Source: a virus (Duplodnaviria > Caudoviricetes). Taken from it: a stretch of 64,000 nt of DNA. The notes below the pieces were generated by a model. The model saw nothing but the letters and a program-made list of their open reading frames with translations. It ran no database searches and had not been told where the DNA came from. Below are positions 17,672-26,264 of this stretch, in pieces. Each line of letters begins with the position of its first letter. The stretch's first letter is position 1. Where the stretch lies: IMG/VR virus record IMGVR_UViG_3300044957_001482, positions 34,179-98,178 of that record; one strand, 5' to 3'. The translations under genes were made by a program, and so were the position numbers.

Positions 17672-18565
17672 TTATTCCTCTGAGGTGGTCACAGTCACAG
17701 CGCCTCTTCCAAACGGGTACTTCCCGGAGTTTTGTCGTGTCCAAGAAGGATTCAGTCCATTCATTTCCAAGATATCATCTCGGATGTTTTGATTTTTCTT
17801 TTCGATGTTGAGTATGCGAGTAAATGAATTGGTTATGGCCGCAGTATAGTAGGCAAAAGGATTTTGGCTCTTGGATTCGTCAAACTGCAGACCAATCTGA
17901 CTGAGTTGCAGCAGCGCCTGACCTCGCATTTCTTCGTTGTAGGTATAGCCACGCCAGTTCGATCTAGTGGCATAGCGTTCGCACAGTTTTATGAACATCT
18001 CGGCCAAGCGTCGCGTCATGGCGCCGTGATCCTTGGAAAATTCGCCGGTGTCTAGATCCCCGCGCCAGTGGCTTTTGCCCACGATGCAAGGCACGCGATC
18101 CTCGCGAATACGATAGTGCCAGAACGGAGGGAAATTCAAACGTATGTGTGTGGGATCCAATGTCGGCATGTCTGCTAACTCGGTCAGTGAATCATCCTCG
18201 AGGTCCTCGAGCTCCAGGATATCCTCCACTGTGCGTTTTTTTGCCTGCGCCTTGGCGACTTTTTTGGCGGCCATGGGTATGTGATCCCACACCGTGACGC
18301 GAAACACAAGATCGGTATTGGCAATGCGTTTGGGATCTACGACTTCTCCGGTCTCGCGGCGGATGCGATCTGCTCGATTGCGTCGAGCCTCGGCCACAGT
18401 GCGTTGATTGATGCGATCCGCAGACGCCAGTATGATATCATATTGGTGATCCTGTGCTGGGTCTAGGAAGCTGCAGTAGGTATTTTTGCTGAGATGTATT
18501 TCTTTTAGTAGGTCACGGTTGTTGAGGTAGTTGACCTTGGGCCAAGGCCGAGTGTAATAAGTCAT
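17672..18565 (-). CDS. Late transcription sigma factor, T4 gp55-like
   Basis: NYLNNRDLL...NWRGYTYNEEM...FDESKSQNPFAYYTAAITNSFTRILNIEKK is the gp55 signature; located next to gp47/gp46. Confidence 0.88.
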   Translation of the reverse strand: MTYYTRPWPKVNYLNNRDLLKEIHLSKNTYCSFLDPAQDHQYDIILASADRINQRTVAEARRNRADRIRRETGEVVDPKRIANTDLVFRVTVWDHIPMAAKKVAKAQAKKRTVEDILELEDLEDDSLTELADMPTLDPTHIRLNFPPFWHYRIREDRVPCIVGKSHWRGDLDTGEFSKDHGAMTRRLAEMFIKLCERYATRSNWRGYTYNEEMRGQALLQLSQIGLQFDESKSQNPFAYYTAAITNSFTRILNIEKKNQNIRDDILEMNGLNPSWTRQNSGKYPFGRGAVTVTTSEE

Positions 18566-18651
18566 TGGTAGATGATCTCCAGAACATATACTTATTGTAA
18601 CAGGTTTTGACAGTAGAACAATAATTCTTAAACTGGGTATTTTACCAAAAG

Positions 18652-18659
18652 GTTAAATA
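18652..18659 (+). promoter_or_regulatory. Late-promoter variant GTTAAATA
   Basis: TAAATA core followed by AGGA Shine-Dalgarno and ATG 18678, at the head of the baseplate module. Confidence 0.55.
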
Positions 18660-18677
18660 CATAATAGGAAAAATGTC

Positions 18678-19754
18678 ATGGCCGAAGAATCAGATTTTTT
18701 TTCAAAATTCCGTACCCGTAAATCACCACGGCCTGTAAATACTGCCACAGATCCGGTGTTTGTAAGCCGAGCCCCCGAGGTCACGGTGACCGCGAGCGGT
18801 ACTACTACCAGGTTTGATCAGCCAGATGCAGGCAGTACAACCACTGTAACAGAACCTGGTGTCCCCAGGTTGGTTGGTGGACCAGACCCGGAAGCACAAC
18901 AGGCAGCCGAGGATAGGTCTGGCACGGCAAACGCACAACAACAGGCCGGCAACCAGCAAGGGCTCAACCAGACCACACAACGTGATTGGCGGGTCAGAAT
19001 AGAGCTGGCGCCAGGGTCGGATTATCTCTATCGCGCCGAAGATGCTGGTTCTGGTATCCTAAAGCCTCTGATAGCTACCAACGGCGTAATCTTTCCGTAT
19101 GTTCCTGCCATTGCCACCAATTACACCGCCAACTACGAAAAATATGAACTCACACACAGCAACATACGTGGCTATTTTTATAAAAATAGCCACGTAGGCG
19201 ATATCACAGTGGCCGGCACATTCACTGCTCAGAACACGCAGGAGGCACAGTATCTCCTGGCAGTGATACATTTCTTTAGATCCGTGACCAAGATGTTCTA
19301 CGGTCAGGATTCGAAGCGCGGAACTCCACCACCCTTGGTGTATCTCAGCGGGTTCGGCGAATATCAGTACAACAATCATTCTTGCCTGGTCAGTAACTTC
19401 AACTACAATCTACCCAACACAGTTGATTACATACGAGTGAGTCCCAATAATCTTGGGTTGAGCCTGGCCGCTCGCAGACCGACCACAAGTTCAAATCCGT
19501 TTACCATCAACAGCATCGTGAGCCGTCTGCGGAATGCCACTCCAGGAGGATTACCACCGGGTGCCGAGCCCGGGCCTGTAAACTTTGGCATCGTGGAGCA
19601 AACACAATCGGGCACTGCAGACACTACCTATGTGCCCACGCGTATTGACATCACTGTGACCTTGCTGCCGTTACAGACTCGCAGCCAGGTCAGCCAGCAG
19701 TTCAGCTTGCGAAACTTTGCCAACGGCAACGCCCTGCGTGGAGGATTCTGGTAA
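18678..19754 (+). CDS. Baseplate/tail-tube initiator-like structural protein (gp48/gp54-like)
   Basis: GVIFPYVP...YELTHSN...ITVAGTFTAQ...PPPLVYLSGFG...VPT.I.ITVTL tube-fold pattern; first gene of the baseplate module. Confidence 0.6.
   Translation: MAEESDFFSKFRTRKSPRPVNTATDPVFVSRAPEVTVTASGTTTRFDQPDAGSTTTVTEPGVPRLVGGPDPEAQQAAEDRSGTANAQQQAGNQQGLNQTTQRDWRVRIELAPGSDYLYRAEDAGSGILKPLIATNGVIFPYVPAIATNYTANYEKYELTHSNIRGYFYKNSHVGDITVAGTFTAQNTQEAQYLLAVIHFFRSVTKMFYGQDSKRGTPPPLVYLSGFGEYQYNNHSCLVSNFNYNLPNTVDYIRVSPNNLGLSLAARRPTTSSNPFTINSIVSRLRNATPGGLPPGAEPGPVNFGIVEQTQSGTADTTYVPTRIDITVTLLPLQTRSQVSQQFSLRNFANGNALRGGFW
18757..18839 (+). repeat. 83-bp dispersed repeat, copy 1
   Basis: Matches 20133-20215 at 80 of 83 positions. 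Confidence 0.9.
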
Positions 19755-20053
19755 TGGCTACCTATGATGCCACCAGTCCATACTATCTCACTTCGTACAG
19801 CCAATTTTTCTTGGATGTCATGGACAATCGTCCCATACCCAAGCAGAACGATGACATTCTGTTTTCCATCAACTTGACCTACCAATATCGTCCTGATCTC
19901 TTGGCCTTTGATCTCTACGGAACACCAACACTATGGTGGGTATTTTACCAACGCAATCCCGACACACTCACTGCGCCTCCGTTGGATTTTGCTGTGGGCA
20001 CAAGCATCTATCTGCCCAAACTCGGTACATTGAAATCGATCCTGGGGTTCTAG
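19754..20053 (+). CDS. Baseplate wedge subunit, T4 gp53-like (LysM-like)
   Basis: YRPDLLAFDLYGTPTLWWVF...G..IYLP motif. Confidence 0.8.
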   Translation: MATYDATSPYYLTSYSQFFLDVMDNRPIPKQNDDILFSINLTYQYRPDLLAFDLYGTPTLWWVFYQRNPDTLTAPPLDFAVGTSIYLPKLGTLKSILGF

Positions 20054-20056
20054 TCG

Positions 20057-22756
20057 ATGGCTCTTCCTGTTGTTCCCCAAACCCAAGACAACGGTAATCT
20101 AGACACAGGAACCAATCCACCGATCACTCCACTGTTTGTAAGCCAAACCCCCGAGGTCACGGTGACCGCGAGCGGTACTACTACCAGGTTTGATCAGCCA
20201 GGTGCAGGCAGTACACGCACTGAATTTGTCAACGAGGCCGGTGAGGTAACTGCTGTCACCACGTCTTTCCCGGTGACTCGTACGGACGAGACTGTTACCA
20301 ATCGTGACCAACAGACCGAGCGCATAGATCCTCAACCCAATGTACTCAGTAGATTTAGCAGCTATACCTATGCTGCATCGGTATATCTCTTGACTCCCCA
20401 GCAGTTTGAAGTGTATCAAGAGCAAAAAAAGAAAAATGTCAATGGCTACTATTTGCTGTTCCAGAGCGGCGGTGCGCCGCCCAATGTGCAAGGTCCCCAG
20501 ACCAGCACGCAACGCTCGGCACAGACCAACATCAATGGTGCGATCTCCGGCGGGCAGATCGAACCAGCCACCATCCAGCCCGACGGTCGCAATCCATATT
20601 TCGCTGACGATTTTTACATAGACACTATCACCATTGAGAATTTTCTGCCAGGCCGGGCCACACGAAGCGCACACTCAGTGTCGACGTTGAAGTTCACGGT
20701 GATCGAACCCAACAATATCACTTTGATCGATCGACTGTATCTGGCAGTGAAAAATTCAGCACCACTAAACCCTGCGGGCATAGTAAACTATAGCGCGGCT
20801 GTGTATCTCATGGTCATTAGATTCTACGGGTACGATGCCAACGGCAACATGCAGATCGTGGGCGCAGCTGATGCCCAGACCGGGCTCACTGATCCCAGTG
20901 CTGTGATTGAAAAATTCATACCATTCAGGATCACCCAAATCAACTGGGAGATCGGCAGCAATCTGGTCACATATGAATTAAACTGCGTAGCCCTCGGTCT
21001 GCAGGTGGCCGGTGGAACTCGCCGCGGCACCATACCGGCTGATGTTGAACTGTCCGGGTCGACCGTGGAAAGTCTCCTCCGAGGCGAAGTGATCTACAGC
21101 ACTGCGCAGGCCCCGACTGCTGCACCGGGCGGAACTACCACTGCGGCACGCACCAATCAAGCAGCCAATGGCAGCATTGGCGGTGGCCGGCCTGTGAACA
21201 CTCCACCGGCCCCGCTCAAGGCCGATGCAGCGCCCACTCCACGTCGGGTCATACGCCAGGGCTTGATCGCGGCCATGAACGAACTGCAACAGCAGTATGT
21301 TCGCGAAGGCAAGGTTACCTACGCGGATGAGTACGAACTCGTGTTTGCCAATGGGGCCGAGACCATTGCCGCGGCCACCATAGCCAAGCCCGGTCGCAAG
21401 GTCAACAAATCAGCCACGGCCACGCCTCGGGGCACACAGGACACCCAAGTCAACAGTCCTGACAAACAAAACGTAGACATGACCACACGCAACTGGCCGA
21501 TCACAGCCGGCATGCAACTGCTACAGGCCATAGAAAAGATCATTCGAAACAGCAACTATATCACAGACCAAGCCGAGCAAGTACGCACAGAAAGCACCGG
21601 CACTACCGAACCCAACCCCAAGAGTGCCAGCGAAACCTTTAGCTGGTTTAACATCTTGACCACGGCCACTCAGCTGCAATTTGATCCCTTGCGAAACGAT
21701 TATGCCTATCGGGTAAAATACACCGTGGTACCCTATCGTGTGACCGATTTCCGGAGTGTGTATTTTTCCGAGACCAAATTTCTGGGCGTGCACAAACGCT
21801 ATCCCTGGTGGTTCACTGGGCTCAACACCGAAGTTCGAGAATACCGAGCCAAATTCAACTCTCTCTACCATGAAACGGTGACGCTCGGCAATCTCGCCGG
21901 CAATGGCCTACAGGCTTATCGAGAAAAATTTTCAAACAGTGGAGTGGTCATACCGTTTCTACAGGTACAGGCTCGCAGCACGGAATCGCAGCAAGGTGCC
22001 GAAGGCGGAGCCAACGAATTGGCAGCATCGGCAGCTGAGTATCTCTATTCAGCGTCAGACAATGGCAACGTGAGTCTGCGCATACTGGGCGACCCGGCCT
22101 GGATTCTACAGGGCAGCGTGACCGGGGCGGTGGATGAGGGCAGCATCAACTATTCGCCATTCGAGCCCGATGGTAGCATCAATTTTGAAACCAATGATGT
22201 GTTGTTTGAGATTGTGTGGCAACGTCCTGAAGATTACGACCTACAGACCGGACTGGCTGATCCTTACAGCCGCACTTCGCGACAGTTTGGCACTCGATTG
22301 CCTCTGCAGAGTGTGATATATCGAGCCACGAAAACCAACAGCGAATTTCGGCGCGGCAGTTTTGAAACTGTGGTCGAAGGTACCTTGTATCAATATCCAG
22401 TGCCCGATAGTGCTGCAGCCACGGTGTCAGGACGAGCCACCAGGGCCGCTGCTGGAGCACAAGACCGTGCACGCCAGAGTGTCTCTTCCGTTGACAATGC
22501 AGGTTCAGAATCCTCCAACGTAGTTTTGCGATCCGCAGTGTTGAGCAGCAACGGAGCAGGTCCAGTGGTAGCACCCGCGTCGCCGGGAGCCCAGACCGAC
22601 GCAAGACCATCCACCGGGCAGCTCGATCAGTCGGGCACAGATTTCTACGATAGAGTTCGGGAAGCACCCGCGTCGCCGGGAGCCCAGACCGGCGCAAGAC
22701 CATCCACCGGGCAGCTCGATCAGCCGGGCACAGGTTTCTACGATAGATTTCGGTAG
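20057..22756 (+). CDS. Baseplate hub-like structural protein
   Basis: 899 aa between gp53-like and gp5-like genes; PNVLSRFSSYTY, FTVIEP and LRILGDP motifs. Confidence 0.55.
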   Translation: MALPVVPQTQDNGNLDTGTNPPITPLFVSQTPEVTVTASGTTTRFDQPGAGSTRTEFVNEAGEVTAVTTSFPVTRTDETVTNRDQQTERIDPQPNVLSRFSSYTYAASVYLLTPQQFEVYQEQKKKNVNGYYLLFQSGGAPPNVQGPQTSTQRSAQTNINGAISGGQIEPATIQPDGRNPYFADDFYIDTITIENFLPGRATRSAHSVSTLKFTVIEPNNITLIDRLYLAVKNSAPLNPAGIVNYSAAVYLMVIRFYGYDANGNMQIVGAADAQTGLTDPSAVIEKFIPFRITQINWEIGSNLVTYELNCVALGLQVAGGTRRGTIPADVELSGSTVESLLRGEVIYSTAQAPTAAPGGTTTAARTNQAANGSIGGGRPVNTPPAPLKADAAPTPRRVIRQGLIAAMNELQQQYVREGKVTYADEYELVFANGAETIAAATIAKPGRKVNKSATATPRGTQDTQVNSPDKQNVDMTTRNWPITAGMQLLQAIEKIIRNSNYITDQAEQVRTESTGTTEPNPKSASETFSWFNILTTATQLQFDPLRNDYAYRVKYTVVPYRVTDFRSVYFSETKFLGVHKRYPWWFTGLNTEVREYRAKFNSLYHETVTLGNLAGNGLQAYREKFSNSGVVIPFLQVQARSTESQQGAEGGANELAASAAEYLYSASDNGNVSLRILGDPAWILQGSVTGAVDEGSINYSPFEPDGSINFETNDVLFEIVWQRPEDYDLQTGLADPYSRTSRQFGTRLPLQSVIYRATKTNSEFRRGSFETVVEGTLYQYPVPDSAAATVSGRATRAAAGAQDRARQSVSSVDNAGSESSNVVLRSAVLSSNGAGPVVAPASPGAQTDARPSTGQLDQSGTDFYDRVREAPASPGAQTGARPSTGQLDQPGTGFYDRFR
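20133..20215 (+). repeat. 83-bp dispersed repeat, copy 2
   Basis: Matches 18757-18839; both encode FVS..PEVTVTASGTTTRFDQP.AGST. Confidence 0.9.
22570..22755 (+). repeat. Two tandem copies of a 93-bp unit at the 3' end of the hub gene
   Basis: agcacccgcgtcgccgggagcccagacc starts at 22570 and 22663, with only a few substitutions between copies. Confidence 0.9.
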
Positions 22757-22779
22757 ATCTGACCAATGGAGACAATGCC

Positions 22780-22962
22780 ATGCTGCTTGAAGACCCCAAA
22801 CAGACTGCTGCCAGCAACGGAGATATCACTTCCAGAACTGCCATCATCAGTGGTGTTACCGTTGAGGAAGGTGTTGCGGGCGCAGGCCGACTAACATCCT
22901 TCCAGAAGGATCAGGTCTATGTTTCACTAAACTCTCCGCAACGACTAAACAAGGATATGTAA
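22780..22962 (+). CDS. Short ORF, possibly the detached C-terminus of the hub gene
   Basis: 60 aa. The frame is open from 22747 and ends 4 nt before the next gene. Confidence 0.35.
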   Translation: MLLEDPKQTAASNGDITSRTAIISGVTVEEGVAGAGRLTSFQKDQVYVSLNSPQRLNKDM

Positions 22963-22966
22963 TTGC

Positions 22967-24469
22967 ATGCCTGAAGAAATACAACGCAGCCGAGGTCGGC
23001 CTTCTAACTATCGTCAGGATCGCGGCGGCGTGCCTGCCGAATATGGTCCGTTTGTTGGTGTGGTCATGAACAATGTTGATGTCACACGCAACGGTCGCTT
23101 GCAGGTCTTTATCGAAGTGTTTGCTGCCGGAGACATGAACGATGATTCAAAATGGACCACGGTAAGTTATCTTCCGCATTTTTACGGAGCCACACCACCG
23201 GGCAACACCGGAACAGCCAACGACGGTCAATATCCCGGCAACCAGAATTCCTATGGCATGTGGTTCACACCGCCCGATCTCGGAGTCAAAGTCATTTGTA
23301 TTTTTGCCAACGGTGATCGTAGCCAGGGCTATTACATTGGTGTGATACCGGAAAACAGTCTCAACCACATGATTCCGGCCATTGGTGCCGAGGGCAACTA
23401 TATTCCCGGCAATGAGAACCAGACCGTGTATTTTAAAAACGCACCGTTGATGCCGGTCACAGAGATCAACACTGCCAACGAGCGCTTGGACAATGCCGGA
23501 CGATTCTTTGAGCAGGCCAAGCCCATACAGTCAGTGGTGGCCAGTGCCATGTTCCAGCAGGGTCTGGCACGAGACATCGAACGTGGGCCCATACGCAGCA
23601 GCGCCCAACGCGAAAGCCCCAGTGCCTGCTTTGGTTTCAGCACACCCGGGGTAGCCATCTATCAGGGCGGGCTGACTCCACGAGAAATACGAGCACAACT
23701 CAACAGTGGTACAGTGCAACCCGCTGACCTACGAGTGATTGGTCGCATGGGCGGACACACCCTGGTCATGGACGACGGTGACATCGACGGCACCAACAGC
23801 CTGTTTAGATTGCGCACAGCCAAGGGCCATCAGATAACCATGAATGATTCGGGAAATTTCCTGTACATCATACATGCCAACGGACAGACCTGGATCGAAC
23901 TGGGAGTAGAAGGCACAGTGGACATATTTTCCACCAATTCGGTCAATGTGCGCACTCAAGGCGATGTCAATCTGCATGCAGATCGAGACATCAACATGTG
24001 GGCCGGGCGAGATTTCAATGTCAAGGCCGTGGGCAACGTGATCATGGAGGCCGGAGTCAACTGCAACATCACTGCTACCGATGATTTCAAAATCTACAGC
24101 AAAGCCACGCTGGGAGTTCGTGCCGACGGTACTCTGGCATTGCAGAGCAAGGGCGGTTCCTGGAACGCTGGTCCCAGCATGAAAGTCACAGCGGGCATGA
24201 TCGATCTCAACGGCCCTCGGGCGCCCACGGTGGAACGACCAGTTCCTCTCAAGAAGACCAAGCTGGACGAAACCGAATTCAACGCAGCCACGGGGTGGGA
24301 AGTCAAGACTGAAAAACTCGAAAGCATCGTACCGCGGGCGCCCACGCACGAACCCTGGCCCTATCACAATCAAGGGGTAGATGTGGATGTAAGTCTGCAA
24401 CAAAGTGGCAACCAGGCTCCTCCGGGCTCGTCGCCGATACCAGCCGGTGTAAACATTTCTAGATCATGA
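22967..24469 (+). CDS. Baseplate central spike, T4 gp5/VgrG-like (OB fold plus beta-helix, no lysozyme domain evident)
   Basis: GVVMNNVD..RNGRLQV, SYGMWFTPPDLG.KV...F.NGD, GHTLVMDD...RLRTAKGHQI, followed by beta-helix repeats. Confidence 0.8.
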   Translation: MPEEIQRSRGRPSNYRQDRGGVPAEYGPFVGVVMNNVDVTRNGRLQVFIEVFAAGDMNDDSKWTTVSYLPHFYGATPPGNTGTANDGQYPGNQNSYGMWFTPPDLGVKVICIFANGDRSQGYYIGVIPENSLNHMIPAIGAEGNYIPGNENQTVYFKNAPLMPVTEINTANERLDNAGRFFEQAKPIQSVVASAMFQQGLARDIERGPIRSSAQRESPSACFGFSTPGVAIYQGGLTPREIRAQLNSGTVQPADLRVIGRMGGHTLVMDDGDIDGTNSLFRLRTAKGHQITMNDSGNFLYIIHANGQTWIELGVEGTVDIFSTNSVNVRTQGDVNLHADRDINMWAGRDFNVKAVGNVIMEAGVNCNITATDDFKIYSKATLGVRADGTLALQSKGGSWNAGPSMKVTAGMIDLNGPRAPTVERPVPLKKTKLDETEFNAATGWEVKTEKLESIVPRAPTHEPWPYHNQGVDVDVSLQQSGNQAPPGSSPIPAGVNISRS

Positions 24470-25824
24470 GTCTCTTTTCTTTTATAGATCCTGCCACCGG
24501 TGCTCGGTTTCGAGTGGAAGGCCGTACTGATCTCACCGAAGCACAGGCACGCACTATTTTTGAGCAGCAACGCACAGCTGGCGGTCTGGTAGGCATGCGC
24601 GCCGGCGACACTGTTAATTCCTGGACCCAGGCCATGTCAGGACTCGACTCTGCGCGTGCCGAAGTAGCGCAGAGCGTGGCTCAGGCACCGCGGCCTGGCA
24701 CAGCAGTGCAAACAGTCAGTCGTCTCACACAGGCCAGTTTTTCTGGTGTGCCATCGGCGGGTATCTCTGTAGCTGACTATGGTCGACAACTCCCGGCCTT
24801 GCGCAGCATAGCCAATCTTGACCAATCAGTGGTACGTGGTACAGTGGCCCAGGCAGCAACCCTGTCCGGCCAGACCGTGGACCAGATTTCCAATCTGGGA
24901 GGAGTGGGGAAATTTGGTCTATCGGCCATGCAACTGGAACGCCAGGGAGTGATCAAGCCAGGCACTGTGGCGAGGTTTCTGGGACCGGGCAGTACCAATA
25001 CTCTCCAGAGTGTTCTCAAAAGCCCTGCGGTATGGACCGGCAAGCAAGGCATGTCGGGTTTGTCTGATATGTTGAGCAACGGCCCGGCACAGGACCGCAT
25101 GCAACAAGACCTTATGAAAACAGGCCTGAAACAAATCAAATCGTTCGGCATACCAGTTGATTCGCTCAGCGCCCAATCCGTGGCCGGTCTGACCTTGACC
25201 TCGGCCAAGAGTGTGGAAGGTGCAGTGGACTGGGCACAAGGACGGGCCGGCGGCATTGCTTCGGGACTGCAGAGTCAGTTTGACAACATCGCACGCAATG
25301 CCAGTTTCGCTGTGGGCTTTACCAACACCAAGGTCAGCAATGCCATGAAAGGCATAGAAATACCTCAACCCGCCACTGACACTGTGCAAAGACAAACCGT
25401 AGATGCTGCTGCCACCCGTGTGGTAGGCAACGAAAAAGTGCCACCGGTCAGTTACAATACACAAAAACAAACCGTAGATGCTGCTGCTCTCGATAGCATC
25501 CTACTGGAACAAAAGGAAGCGATAGATCGGGTAAAAGTGTTGAATGAGCGATGGGGCACCACCCTAGACCAAGAAGATCTCATCGCAGACAATCCAAACA
25601 TTGCAGTTGATATTGTGAGAGAACTTGAAAGCATAGCCTCAGATCTAACCGATACCAAAGCTCAATTCCAGAATATAAAACAGCGCGCCGAAGCATTCAA
25701 GCCCCCTCGGACTGTCATATCAGAACGGGCAGAGCTTTTTATCAGATTGATATTAAGCACCCTTAAAAGTGTGGATCAGAGTGTTGTAAGAGTGCGCCAA
25801 AAAGCTGAAGCCGCCCGGCGGTAA
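24466..25824 (+). CDS. Baseplate-associated protein with possible degenerate lysozyme-like domain
   Basis: 452 aa between gp5-like and gp25-like genes. GVGKFGL...LE..G.IKPG...WTGK.G...L....AQD pattern; helical C-terminus. Confidence 0.45.
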   Translation: MSLFSFIDPATGARFRVEGRTDLTEAQARTIFEQQRTAGGLVGMRAGDTVNSWTQAMSGLDSARAEVAQSVAQAPRPGTAVQTVSRLTQASFSGVPSAGISVADYGRQLPALRSIANLDQSVVRGTVAQAATLSGQTVDQISNLGGVGKFGLSAMQLERQGVIKPGTVARFLGPGSTNTLQSVLKSPAVWTGKQGMSGLSDMLSNGPAQDRMQQDLMKTGLKQIKSFGIPVDSLSAQSVAGLTLTSAKSVEGAVDWAQGRAGGIASGLQSQFDNIARNASFAVGFTNTKVSNAMKGIEIPQPATDTVQRQTVDAAATRVVGNEKVPPVSYNTQKQTVDAAALDSILLEQKEAIDRVKVLNERWGTTLDQEDLIADNPNIAVDIVRELESIASDLTDTKAQFQNIKQRAEAFKPPRTVISERAELFIRLILSTLKSVDQSVVRVRQKAEAARR

Positions 25825-25834
25825 ATAATTTGCT

Positions 25835-26209
25835 ATGCCCACATTCATCGGCTTTAATACTATCGGACAGGTAAAGAAGTTTACTTTGACCGATTTTGAC
25901 CTGATCAAGCGCGATCTGCTCAATGCATTCCTCATCCGCCAGGGAGAACTGCCAGGCCGCCCTGGCTACGGCACACAGTTGTGGAACCTCCATTTTGAAA
26001 ATCAGATCGAGCCCTTGCAGGCAGCCATAGTCAACGAAATACAGCGAGTGGCCGGCGGCGATCCGCGCATACAGGTCACAGACGTACAGGTATTTCCACA
26101 ACAGAACGGCATATTGATACAGTTGCAAATCGTGGTAGTGCCCACTACCACAGCAGAGATACTCAGCATATTTTTCGACCTACAGAAACGCAACGCCAGT
26201 TACGTATAA
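25835..26209 (+). CDS. Baseplate wedge subunit, T4 gp25-like
   Basis: LIKRDLLNAFLIRQGE..GRP.YGT.LW...FE...DPRI motif; TAAATA at ~25822 upstream. Confidence 0.88.
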   Translation: MPTFIGFNTIGQVKKFTLTDFDLIKRDLLNAFLIRQGELPGRPGYGTQLWNLHFENQIEPLQAAIVNEIQRVAGGDPRIQVTDVQVFPQQNGILIQLQIVVVPTTTAEILSIFFDLQKRNASYV

Positions 26210-26228
26210 CTAAGCTGTTTTTGATAGC

Positions 26229-26236
26229 TATAAATA
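26229..26236 (+). promoter_or_regulatory. T4-type late promoter TATAAATA
   Basis: Exact consensus 29 nt upstream of ATG 26265. Confidence 0.75.
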
Positions 26237-26264
26237 TCACTACACAACCCAAAGTCGGAATTCA

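Noticed and set aside
18757-20215. 83-bp repeat pair as a diversity-generating retroelement TR/VR
   Set aside because: Only three mismatches, with the adenine in different copies; both copies lie near gene 5' ends; no reverse transcriptase in the window.
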